Shown: positions 19,182 to 28,869, counted from the stretch's first letter. The stretch: 64,000 nucleotides of DNA from Candidatus Peribacteria bacterium (GCA_943355055.1 CALREA010000003.1:11343-75342); one strand, 5' to 3'. Notes: a model not told the origin generated them from the letters alone. Numbers and translations are program-made.

Positions 19182-20831
19182 TTGATCAGGGATTTTTTTC
19201 GCACTATTCGTTCTTATTCGTTTGCGGAAAGGGCTATGAGTGTCTTTTTCTTTCTGCTTTTAATTTTTAGCGTATGGGGCGGACTTTTTCTCTCCAGCGG
19301 AGTTGAATCCAGGGATACATATGTCGAAGGTATGGTTGGAAAAATCATGGTTTTGAATCCACTTTATAGTGATTATAGTGATCTTGATCGAGATATTTCC
19401 AGTTTGATTTTTTCCGGATTGATGAAATATGATAGCGAAAAAGGAAAAATGATAGAGGACCTTGCCAAAGTTTCTATCGGCTCAGATGAAATGACCTATA
19501 CGTTCACTATTCGTGACAATGCTTTCTTCCATAATGGCGATCCTGTTACTGCCGACGATGTATACTATACCTACCATGATGTTATTCAGTCTCCTGAGTT
19601 TTCCAATGCTGTCCTGACGGCAAATTTTCAAGGAGTAGGTATTACTAAAAAGAATGCCAGGACTATTGAATTCCGCCTTTCTCAGCCCAACTCCTTCTTT
19701 CTTACCAATCTGAGTGTCGGTATCCTTCCTGTTAAAATCTATGGTGGTATCGTTGTAGCTGATTTGCTCATGAGTGACGTGAACAAGAATCCTGTCGGAA
19801 GTGGACCTTATGAGGTTAGTTCGCCGTATAGTCTCAATAGCCGTGGTGATGGAAAAATTACGCTGAAACGTTTCCAGAAGTATTACGGTGGACTTCCGAA
19901 GATCGCTACCATTGTTTATAAAACTTTTTCGTCGTTAGAGAAAATGCTTGATGCGAAGGATGATTTGAACGCCATGCCGAAATTAGGAGGTGAACAATTG
20001 GCAAAATTGCAAGGAAGTGCGTTCAAGCCTGTTCAGTATCTGTTGCCTCAATACAAGGCTGCATTTTTTAATATGGACAGTCTTATTGTTGGCGTCAAGG
20101 CTATACGTCTGGCGATGTTGAAATCGGTAGACAAGGATGAGTTGATGGCTATGGTGACCGGTAAAACTCCGGTAGATACGCCATTTATGGAGTTGAACCA
20201 GGGGGACTGGGTCTATAAGAGTGATGTCGATGAAGCGAAGGGTGCGCTCTACGATGCAGGGTATCGATATGCTGATGGTGAAAAAGCTGGTTTCAGAAAA
20301 ACAAAAAAAGGTAATCCCATGAAAATCAGATTGGCGTATTTTGAAAAAGGGGATAAATCAAAGGGTGATAGCGAGGATGCGACCATTGCTGAGTTTTTGA
20401 AAAATTCATGGGAAGCCGTTGGGATCCAAGTTGAGCTTTATCCCGTCTTGGCTGATATGCGTACTGAATTTTTGCAGCAACGTGATTACGATGTTTTGCT
20501 TGCCGGTGAGAGTTTGGGATATGATCTTGATACCTATTTCTTTTGGCACTCTTCTCAAGCGACGGCGGATGGCTCAAATCTCTCAAATTATAAGAATTTC
20601 AGCGTAGACTCCCTCATTGAAAATATCAGGCGTTATCTCGATGATGAACGAAAATCCACCCGCTTGAAGCAGCTTGCAAAGCTGGTTAAGGACGATATTC
20701 CTGCTCTATTCCTCTTCCGCCCCCTGTATATTTATGCGACTGATGGCAAGTTTCAGGGTATACATCTTTCCCAGGCCGCCTTTTCCTCGGATAGATTTTA
20801 TAATATACAGGGGTGGACTGCTGCCGAATAA
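19182..20831 (+). CDS. ABC-type solute-binding protein, family 5 (peptide/nickel type), membrane anchored
   Basis: N-terminal TM anchor. Family-5 SBP-like stretches FTIRDNAFFHNGDPVTADDVYYTY, NPVGSGPY and LFLFRPLYIYA. No permease or ATPase genes are adjacent. Confidence 0.75.
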   Translation: MIRDFFRTIRSYSFAERAMSVFFFLLLIFSVWGGLFLSSGVESRDTYVEGMVGKIMVLNPLYSDYSDLDRDISSLIFSGLMKYDSEKGKMIEDLAKVSIGSDEMTYTFTIRDNAFFHNGDPVTADDVYYTYHDVIQSPEFSNAVLTANFQGVGITKKNARTIEFRLSQPNSFFLTNLSVGILPVKIYGGIVVADLLMSDVNKNPVGSGPYEVSSPYSLNSRGDGKITLKRFQKYYGGLPKIATIVYKTFSSLEKMLDAKDDLNAMPKLGGEQLAKLQGSAFKPVQYLLPQYKAAFFNMDSLIVGVKAIRLAMLKSVDKDELMAMVTGKTPVDTPFMELNQGDWVYKSDVDEAKGALYDAGYRYADGEKAGFRKTKKGNPMKIRLAYFEKGDKSKGDSEDATIAEFLKNSWEAVGIQVELYPVLADMRTEFLQQRDYDVLLAGESLGYDLDTYFFWHSSQATADGSNLSNYKNFSVDSLIENIRRYLDDERKSTRLKQLAKLVKDDIPALFLFRPLYIYATDGKFQGIHLSQAAFSSDRFYNIQGWTAAE

Positions 20832-20929
20832 TCCCTAATTTTCGCTTTACAAGCTCAGCCTTATTGGATAGAATCCCGTTCGCCTATTGCTCCGTATGGG
20901 GCTTCTCAAATAAAGTAACCTTAATTTTT

Positions 20930-21382
20930 ATGAAAGTAGTACTACTCAAGGCAGTTTCAAAGCTAGGTCGACGAGGTGAAGTCAAAACGGTCGCTGATGG
21001 TTATTTCCGAAATTTCCTTTATCCTCGTACATTAGCGGTCACAGCGACACCCGGTCGTTTGGCTCAGGCTGAAGATCGCAAGACTCGCGCTTCCGCCAAC
21101 ATGGAGCAGATCCGTAAAAATGCTGCCGAGATTGCGAAGAAGCTGGCCGATGCCGTGGTTACGGTTTCCGGCAAGGCTACTCCAAAGGGTAAGTTGTATG
21201 CCTCAATCACCATGGCAGACGTACTCAAGGCTGTAGAAGAACAGCTGAAACTCAAGCTCAGTGATGGATCATTGCTTTCGCATGAGAACATCAAAACTAT
21301 TGGAAGAACCATGGTTGCCGTGCAGCTCTCTGATGAAATCAAATCGCATATTGCTGTCGAAGTAACCGCTTCTAAAAAGTAA
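20930..21382 (+). CDS. rplI: 50S ribosomal protein L9
   Basis: MKVVLLKAVSKLGRRGEVKTVADGYFRNFLYPRTLA is a canonical L9 N-terminus. The upstream extension of the ORF is rejected. Confidence 0.93.
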   Translation: MKVVLLKAVSKLGRRGEVKTVADGYFRNFLYPRTLAVTATPGRLAQAEDRKTRASANMEQIRKNAAEIAKKLADAVVTVSGKATPKGKLYASITMADVLKAVEEQLKLKLSDGSLLSHENIKTIGRTMVAVQLSDEIKSHIAVEVTASKK

Positions 21383-21802
21383 ATGGTTCACTCCGGAAAG
21401 ATTCTCGCCCTTGATTATGGCTTGCGCCGAATTGGTTTGGCAATTACCGACATGAATCGAACGATGGTTTTTCCGCGTCCTAGATTGGATAATAAGGGAG
21501 AGGCTTTCGTTTTTGAGCAGCTAGGGAAAATGATTACAAACGAAGATGTTACTTCTGTTATTTTAGGGTATCCCTATGATGATTCCCACATTGAGACCGT
21601 CCAGACAGAAGTTATGAAAGTGTTCGGTGAGCGATTATCGAAAGCGCTTTCCATTCCTGTTTTCTTTGAGGACGAGAAGTATACAACCGCTGAGGCTGAG
21701 GCGCTCTTGGACTCATATGGATATGATTTTAAGGAAAAAAAACTTCAACGCGACAGTATTGCCGCGATGCTTATTTTGCAGTCCTACCTAGACAGGGTAT
21801 AA
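21383..21802 (+). CDS. ruvX: YqgF/RuvX-family putative pre-16S rRNA nuclease / Holliday junction resolvase-like protein
   Basis: ILALDYGLRRIGLAITD N-terminus, DEKYTTAEAE and RDSIAAMLILQSYL. The start abuts the rplI stop. Confidence 0.9.
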   Translation: MVHSGKILALDYGLRRIGLAITDMNRTMVFPRPRLDNKGEAFVFEQLGKMITNEDVTSVILGYPYDDSHIETVQTEVMKVFGERLSKALSIPVFFEDEKYTTAEAEALLDSYGYDFKEKKLQRDSIAAMLILQSYLDRV

Positions 21803-21812
21803 TGCGCTCCGT

Positions 21813-24413
21813 ATGTCTTCTTTTTTCTCTATTATTATCGGCGGCGTGATTGGCACTTATGTGCTTTTCGTTCTTGTTGTTCTGTTTTTCCACTGGTTTA
21901 TGCGCTTTCAGCAGTACCGTCTGCGACGACGTCAACGCTGGATCGTGATGTCTGTTCGCGTGCCGAAGGAGAGTGAGCTGGGTCCGATTGCCGCCGAGCA
22001 AATTCTTACAACATTTCATAGTATCAATTATGAACTTAGTTTTTTGGATCGCATGATGGGTCTTTCGTCCGATCAGGTGAGCTTGGAGGTGGCGAATGTG
22101 AATAATGCCATTACTTTTTATGTTACGTGTCCAAAAAAGTTAAAAAATCTTGTCGAGGGTCAAGTATACGCGCAGTATCCGGATGTAGAAATTGAGCAGG
22201 TGCAGGATTATGCTGACGAAAGAGTGGTACGTTCATCGCGAGGCGGTATGAATGCTGAACTTTTTAAAAATGCCGTTGGAGTGGAATTGGAGCTTGAGGG
22301 GCCGGATTTTGATCCAATTAAGCGATATCCACAGTTTGAGGATCGAGTGAACAAAGTTTATATTGATCCGATGGCGGGTATTACTTCCGCTCTGGCAAAG
22401 TTGAATGATCCGTCTGAGCAGGTATGGCTCCAGATCATGTTGCGACCACTCGATGATACATGGAGGCTGTGGTACACGCGTACCGCTTGGATGATGAATC
22501 AGAAGGTTTTTGCCAATATCGAGCGATTGCAAGATATCTATGCTGATGTTATTTGTACGAGAAAGATGTATTTGAGGGTTATTTTTTTCCCATTTTACTC
22601 CTATTTTTGGCTTAGAATATTATTTACCGGATCAGGGAAAAATCTTTTTGCATTGGATGGGGTGGATTCAGATGTTATCGATGAAGGCACTTCAAAAATG
22701 CATGAAAAGGAGACGGCAGATACCGGAAGAATGGATAAAATCGCAAAGTTGCTTTATGAAGTCAATATTCGCATCGTGTACCTTCCAAAGGATAAGGAAG
22801 ATGACGCGACCGAGGCTAAGTTACAGGAAATTGTCGGCTCGTTTAAGCAGTTTAATCTACCGTATTTGAATGGTATTCAGGATAGAGAGTACATTATGAA
22901 TCCTTCAATCTTGGAGCGGTATCGTATGCGATGGATGGATAATCCTTTTGTGTTGAATAGCGAAGAGTTGGCGACGATATGGCATTTACCTAATTTACTC
23001 GTGCAAACCCCGCTGATCTCATGGGTACGTTCGAAGAAGATGGAGCCACCCTCCGATCTGCCGAAGCCTTCCAACACCGATATGGGTGACTTGACGATGC
23101 TTGGTAAGACAGACTTCCGTGGTATGCATGATGAATTTGGTATACATACGCTTGATCGTCGAAGGCATATTTATATCATTGGGAAGACAGGCATGGGCAA
23201 GTCTACATTATTAGAGAATATGATTTATTCTGACGTGATGGCGGGGAAGGGTGTTGGCTTGATTGACCCACACGGCGACACGGCTGATCGTGTGCTTGAT
23301 TTCATTCCGGCGCACCGAACGAATGATGTGATTGTGATCGACCCCTCGGATCGAGACTTCCCGGTGGCATTTAATATGTTGGATAATGTTGATCCGGCTC
23401 TTAATTCGATTGTCTGTTCGGGCTTGGTTGGTATTTTCAAGAAGTTGTATGCCGAGAGTTGGGGTCCCCGTCTGGAACATATTCTTCGTAATACTATTTT
23501 GGCCCTGCTGGAATATCCGAGTGCGACGATGTTGGGGATCACTCGGATGCTGCAGGATGCCGATTTCCGGGCAAAAGTAATTAAAAAAATAGATGATCCC
23601 ATCGTCAAAGGGTTCTGGCTAAATGAGTTTGAAAAGTATGGTGAGAAACAGCGCATGGAGGCCATTTCTCCGGTATTGAACAAGGTCGGACAGTTCCTCT
23701 CCAGCTCTATCATGCGCAATATCGTGGGTCAGCCCAAGAGCGAGATCGACTTGCGCTATGCTATGGATCATCAGCGGATTGTTATTGTGAATTTGTCCAA
23801 AGGGAAAATTGGGGAGGACAACTCAGCGCTGCTCGGCTCGATGATTATTACCAAGTTCCAGCTGGACGCGATGAGTCGCGCGAATATTCCCGAGAAGGAT
23901 CGAGTGGACTTCTACCTCTATGTGGATGAGTTCCAGAACTTCGCTACGGATTCGTTTGCGACGATTCTGTCCGAAGCGCGTAAATATCGCCTGAATCTTA
24001 CCATGGCCAACCAGTACATTGCTCAGATGCCCGAGGAGGTCCGTGATGCGGTATTTGGTAACGTAGGTAGTACTGTGTCGTTCCAGGTCGGATTTGATGA
24101 TGCTGAGGTTATTTCTTCCCAATTTAGCGAGGAGGTGATGCCACCTGACTTAGTCTCGATGAGCAAGTATACAGCGTATTCGAAACTTCTGATCGATGGT
24201 ATGCCTTCCAAAACCTTTTCGTTGAACACGATGCCTCCAGTTGAGTTGGATATTGAGGCTGGTCGTCGTGATAAAATTATCCGTATCTCGCGTGAGCGCT
24301 ATAGTCAGACCCGTGAGGTGGTGGAGGACAAGATCAAGCGTTGGTCAGCTAATACGAATGTGAATATGAACAAGGATGATGGGCCTCGTGCCGATACTTC
24401 CGAAGAGCCGTGA
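21813..24413 (+). CDS. membrane-anchored VirD4/TraD/TraG-like P-loop ATPase (T4SS coupling-protein-like) with a large uncharacterised N-terminal domain
   Basis: N-terminal TM helix. Walker A is IIGKTGMGKSTLL and Walker B-like is FYLYVDEFQNF. ARKYRLNLTMANQ resembles coupling-protein family motifs. Confidence 0.75.
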   Translation: MSSFFSIIIGGVIGTYVLFVLVVLFFHWFMRFQQYRLRRRQRWIVMSVRVPKESELGPIAAEQILTTFHSINYELSFLDRMMGLSSDQVSLEVANVNNAITFYVTCPKKLKNLVEGQVYAQYPDVEIEQVQDYADERVVRSSRGGMNAELFKNAVGVELELEGPDFDPIKRYPQFEDRVNKVYIDPMAGITSALAKLNDPSEQVWLQIMLRPLDDTWRLWYTRTAWMMNQKVFANIERLQDIYADVICTRKMYLRVIFFPFYSYFWLRILFTGSGKNLFALDGVDSDVIDEGTSKMHEKETADTGRMDKIAKLLYEVNIRIVYLPKDKEDDATEAKLQEIVGSFKQFNLPYLNGIQDREYIMNPSILERYRMRWMDNPFVLNSEELATIWHLPNLLVQTPLISWVRSKKMEPPSDLPKPSNTDMGDLTMLGKTDFRGMHDEFGIHTLDRRRHIYIIGKTGMGKSTLLENMIYSDVMAGKGVGLIDPHGDTADRVLDFIPAHRTNDVIVIDPSDRDFPVAFNMLDNVDPALNSIVCSGLVGIFKKLYAESWGPRLEHILRNTILALLEYPSATMLGITRMLQDADFRAKVIKKIDDPIVKGFWLNEFEKYGEKQRMEAISPVLNKVGQFLSSSIMRNIVGQPKSEIDLRYAMDHQRIVIVNLSKGKIGEDNSALLGSMIITKFQLDAMSRANIPEKDRVDFYLYVDEFQNFATDSFATILSEARKYRLNLTMANQYIAQMPEEVRDAVFGNVGSTVSFQVGFDDAEVISSQFSEEVMPPDLVSMSKYTAYSKLLIDGMPSKTFSLNTMPPVELDIEAGRRDKIIRISRERYSQTREVVEDKIKRWSANTNVNMNKDDGPRADTSEEP

Positions 24414-24489
24414 TGCGTGACTGTTGTGTGCGTAATTATAGTAGCAAAACTTTTTTCACCTCCTCGTCTTACTTCTTTTTCTTCTTCCC

Positions 24490-24864
24490 ATGCGCGCTGT
24501 TTCTACTGACAAGGCTCCTAAGGCTATCGGTCCCTATTCTCAAGCCGTCCGTTCTCGTGGATTACTATTTTGCTCCGGTCAGCTCCCTATGAGCGTTGAC
24601 GGTGCCATGATCGAGGGTACATTTGAAGAAAAGGTGGTTCAAATTTTGGAAAACCTGAAGGCTGTTGTTGAGGAAGCGGGTTCGTCATTTGGAAATGTCT
24701 TGAAGGTGACCGTGTTTATGGTCGACCTGAACCAGTTTGCTGAATTTAATGAGATCTATAGTCGCTATTTTGTAGATCACAAGCCGGCGAGATCGACGGT
24801 TCAGGTTGTTGCGTTGCCAAAGGGATCTCCACTCGAAATTGAGTGCATCGCGAAGGTGGTGTAG
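24490..24864 (+). CDS. ridA: RidA/YjgF/TdcF-family reactive intermediate deaminase
   Basis: APKAIGPYSQAV, GQLP, PARSTVQVVALPKG.. and IECIA. Confidence 0.93.
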   Translation: MRAVSTDKAPKAIGPYSQAVRSRGLLFCSGQLPMSVDGAMIEGTFEEKVVQILENLKAVVEEAGSSFGNVLKVTVFMVDLNQFAEFNEIYSRYFVDHKPARSTVQVVALPKGSPLEIECIAKVV

Positions 24865-24907
24865 GGGCATGTTAAAAGAATCTTTGCGATTCAAATAGAA
24901 AACTTTT

Positions 24908-25267
24908 TTAATTTTGTTTAGTATAACAATTTTCCGCTTCCCTGGTAATGGTAAGGCCATCTACTTTGCAGTTTCTCATGCTAAAATCAGTTTGTATATT
25001 GGAGAATTTGCACTTTATAAAGTTGCAATTATTAAACGATACGCCAACCAGGGCTAAATTTCTAAATAGTACGTTATCGAATGTGCAGTTTATAAATGAT
25101 GAACTACAAAAATCCCCACCGAAAATTTTGCAATCCTTGAAGATACGGTCGGTTATATCTAAATCCATCAACGCATTTGCATCTTTTACTTCAAATTCGC
25201 CACTAATAACCTCTGTTGATTTTGTTAATAGTTTTTCGAATTGATCTTCGTTTTGATAGTTTGACAT
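24908..25267 (-). CDS. small pentapeptide-repeat protein
   Basis: CKIFGGDFCSSSFINCTFDNVLFRNLALVGVSFNNCNFIKCKFSNIQ. The gene is AT-rich. A TATAAT lies at 25293-25298 on the minus strand upstream. Confidence 0.7.
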   Translation of the reverse strand: MSNYQNEDQFEKLLTKSTEVISGEFEVKDANALMDLDITDRIFKDCKIFGGDFCSSSFINCTFDNVLFRNLALVGVSFNNCNFIKCKFSNIQTDFSMRNCKVDGLTITREAENCYTKQN

Positions 25268-25350
25268 AATTCGTATGTTATTTCTAATTGTAATTATAGC
25301 AGTAAATGGTATATAGTAAAAGAAGAATGTTCTTTGACATTTTGGAATTC

Positions 25351-25400
25351 TCAGCGAGAGTGAAGTGTCTATCGTTTTATAGGTATTTCACTCTTGCTGA
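25351..25400 (+). promoter_or_regulatory. long 22-bp imperfect hairpin (plus-strand RNA) in the leader of the 25565 gene
   Basis: TCAGCGAGAGTGAAGTGTCTAT / ATAGGTATTTCACTCTTGCTGA with a 6-nt loop. The four non-Watson-Crick positions are G-U on the plus-strand RNA and would be C-A mismatches on the minus strand. Confidence 0.45.
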
Positions 25401-25564
25401 TAATGAAGCGGGCGAATAAAATTTTCATTTGAACTTGCTGCTCAAATTCTCCCTTTAATCGGGAATTTTTAGTAGCTTCTTGGTGCGTCCTTGTTTTTGT
25501 GCTCACTAAGGTAGTGAGTACTTCTTCAATAGTAATCGTGTTTTAGCACGAACGGGGGATTTTC

Positions 25565-25870
25565 ATGAGTAATACATATCGCCATGGTGGATATACTGTG
25601 TCGGAAGGTGAATGGACGCCTTGGTATACTTTTGCGGGCATGCTTGAAAAGGTGAAGCATGAAGGTGGATGGGAGCATATCTTGCGGAGCAATCTTGATG
25701 AGCCCGATCCTGATGCAAATCACATCCATACCAAACAGAAGCCGAATGGCAGTGGAGGTTATACTGTTGTCCTTTGTCGCGTGAAGATCGATGACATGGG
25801 GTCAATCAATAGGCGTAAGCTTATTGAGGCTGTTAATTTCTGTACCGGGCTTGACCTGGATTATCGTTAG
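25565..25870 (+). CDS. hypothetical protein (101 aa)
   Basis: A good SD (GGGGGA at 25554-25559) lies 5 nt before the ATG. GGYTV occurs twice internally. No family is recognised. Confidence 0.5.
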   Translation: MSNTYRHGGYTVSEGEWTPWYTFAGMLEKVKHEGGWEHILRSNLDEPDPDANHIHTKQKPNGSGGYTVVLCRVKIDDMGSINRRKLIEAVNFCTGLDLDYR

Positions 25871-26076
25871 CTCAGCAGATTCCTCATTCAGTTTTATTAT
25901 CGGTATAGAATCATATTCATTCGTTTTTAGTCTTAGTCATCTACCAAGATGAGCAAAAGGCTTACTGATGTGTATGCAGGAGGGGGTGAGGTAACTTGCT
26001 CCCTCTTTTTCCTGTGTCTGTTCCAAATGTACTATTTCCCCCGGATATTCTTTTATTTCAGAATAGGGTCATATAT

Positions 26077-27264
26077 TTACCGATACAGTACCTCGATTCC
26101 CGGGAGCTTTTTGCCGCTGAGGAATTCGAGGGAGGCACCGCCGCCGGTGGAGACGTGTCCGAAGGATGAATCGGGGAAGCCTAAGGTTTTGAGCACTTCA
26201 GAGGTGTCGCCGCCGCCGATGACAGAGAAGCAGGTTGAGTGGATCTCGGAAACGGCTTGGGCGGCTGCACGGGTGCCGTTTTGGAAAGGTGCGAACTCGG
26301 TGAGGCCGAGGGGGCCGTTCCAGAGGATGGTTTGAGAATCGGCAATGATGGATTTGAACTTGTCGATAGTATCGGGACCGATGTCGAGAATTTTTGAGGT
26401 AGAGGATACGGCATCCACTGAGACGGTTTGTGTGGCTGCGGTGTTAGAAATTTCCGTAGCCGTGATGACGTCGGTTGGGAGAATGATTTGATCCGGGGTC
26501 ATAGCTTTTTCGAGAATGGAACGGGCGAGGTCGAGTTTATCTTGTTCGTAGAGGGATTGTCCTACTTGTTTGCCCTGAGCTGCCAGGAAGGTGTTCGCGA
26601 GACCACCTCCGATGAGGATGTGCTGGGCCTTTGGGATGAACTGCTCGATGAGTGGAATCTTATCTTTGATTTTTGCTCCGCCAACAATGACCGTGAATGG
26701 CTGGTTTGGATTGGTGATGAGCGGTTCAAGTGCGGTGACTTCTTTCTCTACGAGGAGGCCGGAGTATGCGGGGAGGATGGTGCCGACGCCGAAGGCGGAG
26801 GCATGAGCGCGGTGACTCACTCCGAATCCATCGTTTACAAATACTTCACCTAGCTTGGCTAACTGCTTTGTAAATTCGACATTATTTGTTTCTTCGCCGG
26901 GATAAAAACGTGTGTTTTCCAACATAATAATCTCACCATCCTGCATGATGCTTACCTCCTTTTCCACTTCAGCACCAATGCATTCATTCATTTTTTTTAC
27001 CGGTTTATTCAGGAGCTGCGAGAGGTGAGTGGCGACCATATTGAGCCGTAAATTTTCAACAACTTTTCCATCCGGACGTCCGAGGTGGCTCATAATAATC
27101 AGACGTCCGCCTTTTTCTAATAAATAATTTATCGTCGGAAGAGCCTTGGTTATGCGCGAATCGTCCTGAATATTTCCGGCATCGTCGGTTGGGACGTTGA
27201 AGTCCACGCGAAGAAGAATACGTTTACCTTTTGGATCAAAGTCGCGGATAGTTTTGAGCGTCAT
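26077..27264 (-). CDS. pgk: phosphoglycerate kinase
   Basis: RVDFNVP, IMSHLGRP, VIVGGAKIKDKI and SVIGGGDT...STGGGASLE. Confidence 0.97.
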   Translation of the reverse strand: MTLKTIRDFDPKGKRILLRVDFNVPTDDAGNIQDDSRITKALPTINYLLEKGGRLIIMSHLGRPDGKVVENLRLNMVATHLSQLLNKPVKKMNECIGAEVEKEVSIMQDGEIIMLENTRFYPGEETNNVEFTKQLAKLGEVFVNDGFGVSHRAHASAFGVGTILPAYSGLLVEKEVTALEPLITNPNQPFTVIVGGAKIKDKIPLIEQFIPKAQHILIGGGLANTFLAAQGKQVGQSLYEQDKLDLARSILEKAMTPDQIILPTDVITATEISNTAATQTVSVDAVSSTSKILDIGPDTIDKFKSIIADSQTILWNGPLGLTEFAPFQNGTRAAAQAVSEIHSTCFSVIGGGDTSEVLKTLGFPDSSFGHVSTGGGASLEFLSGKKLPGIEVLYR

Positions 27265-27293
27265 GAGTATAATAGTTAAAGGTCGCCGATATT

Positions 27294-27761
27294 CTACGCA
27301 CGAAATGTTGCCATTTCAACTGCTGCTTGCGCAAATTCTTTTCCCTTATTCATTTTGGTCTTTTCAACTCTTTCTTTTGCTTGTTTTTCGTTTTCTACCG
27401 CCAAGACTCCGAAGATGATAGGCGTGTCTTCATCGAGCGTTACCTCCATTAATCCCTGATATGCCGTCTCTACGACAAGATCAAAATGTTTCGTCCCTCC
27501 GCGGATAACAACTCCTAAAGCGATAATGGCATGAAATTTTTTCGAAAGGGCGATTTTTAGGGCTGCAAATGGCAGCTCAAGTGTGCCAGGTACGCGATAT
27601 ACTTGTACATTTTTTATTCCTAACTCCTTGAGCTCATTTTGAGTATTGAGCAGGAGTTTTTGACCAAGCTCATCATTGAAGCGCGGGAGAATAATGGCTA
27701 TTTTTAGACCTTTATTCGTGCTTTTCCTTAATTTTACCTGAGTAGATTTATTGAGTTTCAT
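27294..27761 (-). CDS. ribH: 6,7-dimethyl-8-ribityllumazine synthase
   Basis: IAIILPRFN, VPGTLELPFAA and ALGVVIRGGTKHFDLV. Confidence 0.93.
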   Translation of the reverse strand: MKLNKSTQVKLRKSTNKGLKIAIILPRFNDELGQKLLLNTQNELKELGIKNVQVYRVPGTLELPFAALKIALSKKFHAIIALGVVIRGGTKHFDLVVETAYQGLMEVTLDEDTPIIFGVLAVENEKQAKERVEKTKMNKGKEFAQAAVEMATFRA

Positions 27762-27770
27762 ATTTTTATG

Positions 27771-28229
27771 TTATAAATGTTTTTTCTTATAAAAATGTAT
27801 GCAGAGCGTGATGATAAGAGATGGAATAAATGAGAGTCCGATAAATACGGAGAGGGGGAGTGATATGGCGACTAATCCGAATAGACCTTCAATCACGTTT
27901 CCGTTTCTTCCTAGGAAGGTATTTATAACAATTTGAATGATAATTGATAGAGTGGCTGGAATAATTATGATTCCTATCATACATAGTCCTGTAATCGATA
28001 TATTTTTGTAACTTTTAATTTTGAGCTTATGAAACAGGAGGGTACCTATCGCTGCTCCGATAATGATTCCCAATATGGCTCCATATTGTGCGCCGGTTTC
28101 ATAGTTGTTAAAGACATTTATTCCCATGACGAGCCCTACCGCAAAACCAATTGCGGCCCATATCATTCCCATAAGTGTACCCGCTAGACATTGCGCCATG
28201 ATTTTCCAATGAGCTTCTTTTATCATCAT
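27771..28229 (-). CDS. integral membrane protein of unknown function (152 aa, about 4 TM) between ribE and ribH
   Basis: Four hydrophobic segments. Same strand as the rib genes, with 13-nt and 9-nt gaps to its neighbours. Confidence 0.6.
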   Translation of the reverse strand: MMIKEAHWKIMAQCLAGTLMGMIWAAIGFAVGLVMGINVFNNYETGAQYGAILGIIIGAAIGTLLFHKLKIKSYKNISITGLCMIGIIIIPATLSIIIQIVINTFLGRNGNVIEGLFGLVAISLPLSVFIGLSFIPSLIITLCIHFYKKKHL

Positions 28230-28242
28230 TATTTTTTTAAAA

Positions 28243-28869
28243 TTAAATTAAATTTCTCTCTTTAAGAAAATGATACTTTGCCTCGCCTTCTTTTTCGTAG
28301 GTCATACGTTCGAGATAGCGGGAGATGAGGTCAATTTCGATATTTACCTCATTTCCAACTTTTGCATGTTTCATGTTGGTTGATTCGATGGTGTGGGGGA
28401 TGAGTGAGACCTGAAATGTGGTGTCCTCAAGTTTGGAAATCGTCAGGCTGATACCATTGATGGTGACTGAGCCTTTGAAGGCGAGGTACCGGGCGAGGTC
28501 AGGTGGGAAGGTGACAGTGATTTCGTGTTTGTCGTTTACGGATGAGATTGTGCCTGTTCCGTCTACGTGACCTTGAACCAGATGGCCGTCGATTCCCTTA
28601 GAGAGAGTGAGGGAAGTTTCGAGGTTAACCTCGGTATTTGTCAGATAATTTTTGGCGATTGTTCGCTCAATCGTCTCCGGAATGGCATCAAATATGAGTG
28701 TATCGCCATTTTTTGAACGCACTGTCAAGCATACGCCGTCCATGGAGACTGAGTCTCCGATGCTCGCTTTTGAAGCTGTTTTTGGAGCCAAAATTGAAAA
28801 TGTAACTATGTCATTTTCTTTTGTGATGGTCTTCATTTGTCCTAATTCTTCGGTTATACCCGTGAACAT
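28243..28869 (-). CDS. ribE: riboflavin synthase alpha chain
   Basis: MFTGITEELG start, a duplicated lumazine-binding repeat (GDSVSMDGVCLTV / GSVTINGISLTI) and HLVQGHVDG. Confidence 0.93.
   Translation of the reverse strand: MFTGITEELGQMKTITKENDIVTFSILAPKTASKASIGDSVSMDGVCLTVRSKNGDTLIFDAIPETIERTIAKNYLTNTEVNLETSLTLSKGIDGHLVQGHVDGTGTISSVNDKHEITVTFPPDLARYLAFKGSVTINGISLTISKLEDTTFQVSLIPHTIESTNMKHAKVGNEVNIEIDLISRYLERMTYEKEGEAKYHFLKERNLI

Noticed and set aside
25949-26335. 128-aa plus-strand ORF at the 3' end of pgk
   Set aside because: It is antisense to the well-supported pgk CDS, and the translation is Pro/Ser-rich and low-complexity.
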